A DNA stretch of 32,000 nt from Promethearchaeia archaeon (GTDB taxonomy: Archaea; Asgardarchaeota; Lokiarchaeia; Sigyniarchaeales; SOKP01), in the NCBI GenBank assembly GCA_046497275.1, contig JAWOFX010000007.1:83098-115097 (forward strand), in the 5' to 3' direction. The translations under genes and the position numbers were made by a program. Shown one piece after another: positions 27,352 to 32,000 of this stretch (position 1 is the stretch's first letter; every line of letters begins with the position of its first letter). The notes beneath the pieces were generated by a model. The model did no database searches and had not been told where the DNA came from. It worked only from the letters and a program-made list of their open reading frames with translations.

Positions 27352-28803
27352 TCACCCTATAATTATATTTTTTACTTTTTTAAAAATGGATTTTAAATTT
27401 TCTCTTAGAATAAGTGGTCCTACCTTTAATAATATCAAAAATAAAACCACTATGGCTATGATAATTAAAACGATAAAGAGACCTAATTCTAGTTTGAAAA
27501 GTAGTGTATAATAAATTGTAACAATAGTTAACTGATATATAGTAGTAAAAAAGCCAAGTCGAAAAAATTGATTTATGGATATAGGTCTTTTATTTTGTTC
27601 CGCAATATTAACAACTAAAATATTATCACCCAAGGGAGTTAAATTATCCCCCCAGTTTGCTCCTATACTTAAACCGAAGAAAAGTTGTTTTCTTATCGAT
27701 TCTGATGCAATATCTGGCATTTCTCCAACCACAGGAATTAAAACTTTAGTTATTGGTATATTATCAATTGAACTACTTAAAAATGCTGATAACCATAAAA
27801 TCAGAATAAATAGTACATAAGTATCTCCCCTTCCTAAATCTGAGACAATAATTCCTATATAATTTAATAATCCCGTAGTTTCTAATGCTCCAGCAATTAT
27901 AAAAATTCCTAAAAGATAAAATATTAATTCTATATCAATTTTTGCTATTAACTCTTTCGGATTTAATCGACTAATTATTATTAAAAATATAGCAAAGCAT
28001 AAAGCTATAATATCTGGAGGAATTAAATCAGAAGGAACAAATAGAAATAAAACAAATAATAAGATTACGGACACCATAGATTGATAGAGAAGTCTTTTAT
28101 TTTGAACAACATTCCAAACATTATATTCCTTTAAAATAGTTAATCCTTGTTCTGAAATCGTCAGTTCATTTCGATAAAGAAAAATAAAAAAGAGTAAGGT
28201 GAATCCAAATACTAATATTGAAATTAGACCTGAATTAAGAAAAAATTCTAAGAAACTTATATTTGCATAAGTTGTTATTAAAATGTTTGGGATGGATGAT
28301 ATGGAGAAAAATGTACCTCCAATATTTACTAATATCGCTTGAGTTAAAATATAGGGTGAGGGATTTATATTTAAAATGCGTGAAATTGTAATGGTAAGGG
28401 GAATTAAAATAATAACAGTAAGAATGTTATTTAAAATTGAAGAAAGAACGATAGTGACAAAACACATTAATATCATTAATATTATAGGTTTAGCTTTTGA
28501 AAGTTTTATTAATTTAATCGCTATAAATTGAAATAAACCGGCCTCATGACATATATTAACAATAATCATCATACCTATTATCAAGATGAGAGCATGTAAG
28601 TTTACAAAGCCTTCCTCCTTAGTACTAAAGAGAAAATTAACAATTATACTAAAATCATAATTTTCAATAAAAATTAACACAAAATAAGAAATAATTGCCC
28701 CACTCAATGCTGCTACTGCTCTATTAAGCTTTTCAGTAATGATTAAAAGAATAACGCAAAAAAAAGTCCCCAAAATGATAATTGTGCTGATGATCATTAT
28801 CAA
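27352..28803 (-). CDS. ArsB/NhaD/SLC13 (IT superfamily, P-protein/OCA2-like) permease
   Basis: SSILNN, NIGGT, SSSIDNIP and GANWGDNLTPLGD motifs; about 12-13 TM segments. Confidence 0.88.
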   Translation of the reverse strand: MIMIISTIIILGTFFCVILLIITEKLNRAVAALSGAIISYFVLIFIENYDFSIIVNFLFSTKEEGFVNLHALILIIGMMIIVNICHEAGLFQFIAIKLIKLSKAKPIILMILMCFVTIVLSSILNNILTVIILIPLTITISRILNINPSPYILTQAILVNIGGTFFSISSIPNILITTYANISFLEFFLNSGLISILVFGFTLLFFIFLYRNELTISEQGLTILKEYNVWNVVQNKRLLYQSMVSVILLFVLFLFVPSDLIPPDIIALCFAIFLIIISRLNPKELIAKIDIELIFYLLGIFIIAGALETTGLLNYIGIIVSDLGRGDTYVLFILILWLSAFLSSSIDNIPITKVLIPVVGEMPDIASESIRKQLFFGLSIGANWGDNLTPLGDNILVVNIAEQNKRPISINQFFRLGFFTTIYQLTIVTIYYTLLFKLELGLFIVLIIIAIVVLFLILLKVGPLILRENLKSIFKKVKNIIIG

Positions 28804-28982
28804 ATTAATTATTCATTTTAATTATGATTTCAATTATAGTTGATATTAAATTTTTCTGAATTATTAAATTAAATGAAAATCACTTAGATTTTAATAGAAT
28901 GAAATTAAATTAATCTAAGGTAAAATTATAAAGTTAATAGAACGATTATGATTGATGAATTATCATTTATAATATTTTTATT

Positions 28983-29588
28983 ATGCCTACCTATATAATT
29001 CTCTTTGTTATAATATCTCGAAATCGAAAGACTGCTTCAGAGCGCTCAACCTTAAATTTAGTATATAAAAATTGGGTAGAAAACAGGATTAACGATGAAA
29101 ATCTACTCTATGCAACTCAAGCATTAAGAAATTTTATTATGGGAAATTCAACGTTTATTACAGGGTTATTAATACTAGTTGGAATATTGGTTGGGGTATA
29201 TAATACTCAAATTTTAACTTCGACTCCATTTTGGGGGATTAAAGGAATTTCTACTGGTTTTGTTCAAATGGCAATAAATTTTGTTATCGTGTTTTTTTCC
29301 CTATTTAACTTTATACTTTCAATTAGATACATAGTGCGAGTTTCTTTATTGTTATCCGGTGATATTAAAAAATTTTCTGAAGGTGGATATAAAGGAGTGA
29401 ATATAGCAAAAAAAGCATTTATATCGGCACAAAATCACTGGATGTTTGGAAATCGAGGTTTATTTTTTCTAATCGCAACTCTTTCATGGTTAATAGACCC
29501 TTTGTTTTTTATAATAATAACTATAGCTGTTATGTTATATCTTGTCTTATTCCAAGATATTTGGGTTGCATCAAAAAAATCAGAATAG
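28983..29588 (+). CDS. DUF599-family membrane protein
   Basis: W...R...LYATQALRNFIMGNSTF and a C-terminal GNRGLFF...LSW pattern recalled for DUF599. Confidence 0.78.
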   Translation: MPTYIILFVIISRNRKTASERSTLNLVYKNWVENRINDENLLYATQALRNFIMGNSTFITGLLILVGILVGVYNTQILTSTPFWGIKGISTGFVQMAINFVIVFFSLFNFILSIRYIVRVSLLLSGDIKKFSEGGYKGVNIAKKAFISAQNHWMFGNRGLFFLIATLSWLIDPLFFIIITIAVMLYLVLFQDIWVASKKSE

Positions 29589-29615
29589 AAAAATTTGAAT
29601 TACTAAACTGCTAAT

Positions 29616-30809
29616 TTATTTGTTTGATTTAAATGGTGAAATTCGCCTTAATCTTTCTATAATAGGGGGTAATTTTTCGAGAAAATAATCAACTTCATCT
29701 TCAGTTGTAAATCTACCTATGGAAACTCGTAATGAACCCGAAGCATCTCGATTTGAGAGACCTATTGCTCTTAAAACATGTGAGGGTTCTGAGGATGTTG
29801 AGGAGCACGCTGAGCCAGTGGATGCTGCAATTCTTTCTGAATCAAGATCTAATAAAATAGATTCTCCATCAACATATTTAATGGTTAAATTAATATTATT
29901 AGGTAACCTTTGCGTGGGATGCCCATTTAGAAAAGAATCATCAATAGCTACCAAAGCTTTTTTTATAATTTTATCTCGTAAATATTCTTGGCGTTTGATT
30001 TCCTCTGGCATTTCTTCGGCACATAATTCTGCTGCCTTAGCAAATCCCGCTATACCTGGAGCATTTTCAGTGCTAGGACGCATATCATACTCATGACCTC
30101 CACCAAATAATATGGGTTGGATAAATTTTTCTTCATTTTCGCGATAACCTTGATTTCTCATGTAAAGCATTCCTACACCTTTAGGGCCATAAATTTTATG
30201 GGCACTCGAAGATAATAAATCAATATTTAACTTATTTACATCGATTGGAATTTTTCCAAATGCTTGGACAGCATCAGTATGGAAAACAATATCGCTGTCT
30301 TTAGCAATTTCTCCAATATCGCCTATTGGTTCTATGGTTCCAATTTCGTTATTTGCGAACATAATGCTAATCAAAATCGTCTCTGGAATTATCGCTTCTT
30401 TTAATTCTTCAAGATCAACAAAACCAAATTCATCAACAGAAAGATAAGTTACTTTAAATCCGTTTTTCTCTAATTCCTTGCATGGATTTTCTACTGCATG
30501 ATGTTCTATGGAAGATGTAATGATATGATTACCTTCTTTTCGATTTTTATAGGCGACTCCTTGTAATGCCATATTATCAGCTTCCGTTCCAGATGAAGTA
30601 AAAATAACTTCCTTTCTCTCAGCGTTGATTATTGAGGCTATTTTTGCTCTAGATTTATATAATATTTTAGCAGCTTTTTGTCCCGCTGAATGAAGACTTG
30701 AAGGATTACCATAAGTTTCTCTAAAATGTTTTTCGATGACATCTATGACTCGCGGATCCATTGGAGTCGTCGCCGCATAATCTAAATATAAATAATCAGA
30801 TGAATTCAT
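29616..30809 (-). CDS. iscS: Cysteine desulfurase IscS/NifS family
   Basis: YLDYAATTP, EHHAV, HTDAVQ, SSAHKIYGPKG (PLP Lys) and STGSACSS (catalytic Cys). Confidence 0.96.
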   Translation of the reverse strand: MNSSDYLYLDYAATTPMDPRVIDVIEKHFRETYGNPSSLHSAGQKAAKILYKSRAKIASIINAERKEVIFTSSGTEADNMALQGVAYKNRKEGNHIITSSIEHHAVENPCKELEKNGFKVTYLSVDEFGFVDLEELKEAIIPETILISIMFANNEIGTIEPIGDIGEIAKDSDIVFHTDAVQAFGKIPIDVNKLNIDLLSSSAHKIYGPKGVGMLYMRNQGYRENEEKFIQPILFGGGHEYDMRPSTENAPGIAGFAKAAELCAEEMPEEIKRQEYLRDKIIKKALVAIDDSFLNGHPTQRLPNNINLTIKYVDGESILLDLDSERIAASTGSACSSTSSEPSHVLRAIGLSNRDASGSLRVSIGRFTTEDEVDYFLEKLPPIIERLRRISPFKSNK

Positions 30810-31001
30810 TTCACTATCATTAATTTTTATTCAATTAAAAAATAATTCCTTTAGACTTTTTTATTTCTCCAATTATAGAGAAAAAAGAATTAATTATCTT
30901 TTTTTAATAATATTAAGATTAATAAACAATGAACTCACTTTAAGCAATAAAATAAACAAGATATAAGATTTTTAATTGATCAATTTAGAGATGATAAATA
31001 G

Positions 31002-31559
31002 ATGGGATTAAAATTTGTATGGGGAATGACCGGAACGGGCTATCTAATAAAAGAATCTATAGATTTTATGAAAACATTACAAGAAGATTATAATGCGGAT
31101 ATAACTGTTATGCTTTCTAAAGAGGGTGAGGTAGTTGTAAAGTGGTATAAATATTGGGATTATTTAAATGAGGTTATTAAAAGTGTACGAGTCGAAAAAT
31201 CAGCTAATAATCCATTCTTAGCAGGACCTCTACAAATCGGAAAATATGATTTTCTATTAGTCTGTCCAGTTTCGGCCAATTCTGTAGCGAAAATTGTCTA
31301 TGGTATAGCAGATACTTTGATTACTAATTGTGTGGCACAGACTATAAAGGGTAGTGTACCTGTATACCTCTTACCTTCAGATCAGCATAAAGAACCTATC
31401 ATGACCACTAAACCTGATGGAAGTCCATTAATATTGAAAATTCGGGATGTAGAAATTAATAATGTAGAAAATTTAAAGAAAATGGAAGGAATCACTGTTC
31501 TTAGAGATTTTAAAGAATTAAAAAATCTATTAATCGAAAAATCGCAATATAAACAATGA
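31002..31559 (+). CDS. afpA: Archaeoflavoprotein AfpA (HFCD flavoprotein family)
   Basis: KFVWGMTGTG, VVKWYK.W, ANNPFLAGPLQIGKYDFLL, ANSVAKIVYGIADTLITN and PVYLLPSD. Confidence 0.85.
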   Translation: MGLKFVWGMTGTGYLIKESIDFMKTLQEDYNADITVMLSKEGEVVVKWYKYWDYLNEVIKSVRVEKSANNPFLAGPLQIGKYDFLLVCPVSANSVAKIVYGIADTLITNCVAQTIKGSVPVYLLPSDQHKEPIMTTKPDGSPLILKIRDVEINNVENLKKMEGITVLRDFKELKNLLIEKSQYKQ

Positions 31560-31703
31560 AATAGATAATTCAAAATTAACTCCTACTTTATGAAATAATG
31601 TATAATTAGAAAATTATTCCTCCACCAATAATTTCCATTAAATTTTTATTTGATAATATAAGTTTCAATTTATTTTATTAAATCTTTTGTTTTTCTATAC
31701 CAT

Positions 31704-31714
31704 AAAACTTATAT
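31704..31714 (+). promoter_or_regulatory. Candidate BRE/TATA promoter of the rRNA transcript
   Basis: AAAAC followed by TTATAT (31709-31714), about 26-30 nt upstream of where the structured leader begins (~31740). The AT-rich background limits specificity. Confidence 0.35.
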
Positions 31715-31739
31715 TTTAGATATGCTTATTACTCTATGC

Positions 31740-32000
<261 letters not shown>

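Noticed and set aside
20527-31573. Antisense ORFs 20527-20760, 21991-22242, 23015-23212, 23383-23583, 25089-25292, 27575-27820, 29719-30096 and 31382-31573
   Set aside because: All overlap strongly supported genes on the opposite strand and lack motifs.

Overview
AT-rich archaeal chromosomal window, most likely from an Asgard archaeon (Lokiarchaeia-like). That assignment is inferred from the archaeal 16S 5' end, Rpn11-like JAB/MPN proteins, a roadblock-like protein and GGTGA-type ribosome-binding sites. In order, the window holds: a 3'-truncated ChlI/ChlD-type AAA+/VWA gene; a PIN toxin-antitoxin pair whose toxin is split by two -1 frameshifts; an unannotated 56-aa zinc finger and a radical SAM enzyme; a cluster of three JAB/MPN (JAMM) paralogs mixed with uncharacterised membrane and zinc-ribbon genes, including an overlapping MPN+/MPN- pair with very long coiled coils; a partly decayed copper-handling region (intact copB and copA, a collapsed second copB, an ldh pseudogene, an esterase, an MFS transporter and an unannotated 58-aa free-standing copy of CopA's unusual C-terminal Cys/His domain); iscU and iscS separated by a KH-like/beta-CASP nuclease, an Sm-like gene, a roadblock-coiled-coil gene, an ArsB/NhaD permease and DUF599; afpA; and a structured rRNA leader with the first ~62 nt of a 16S rRNA. 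The most promising candidates for undescribed systems are the coupled active/inactive JAMM coiled-coil pair and the CopA C-terminal domain with its stand-alone partner. All family assignments come from motif recognition by eye; no searches were run.
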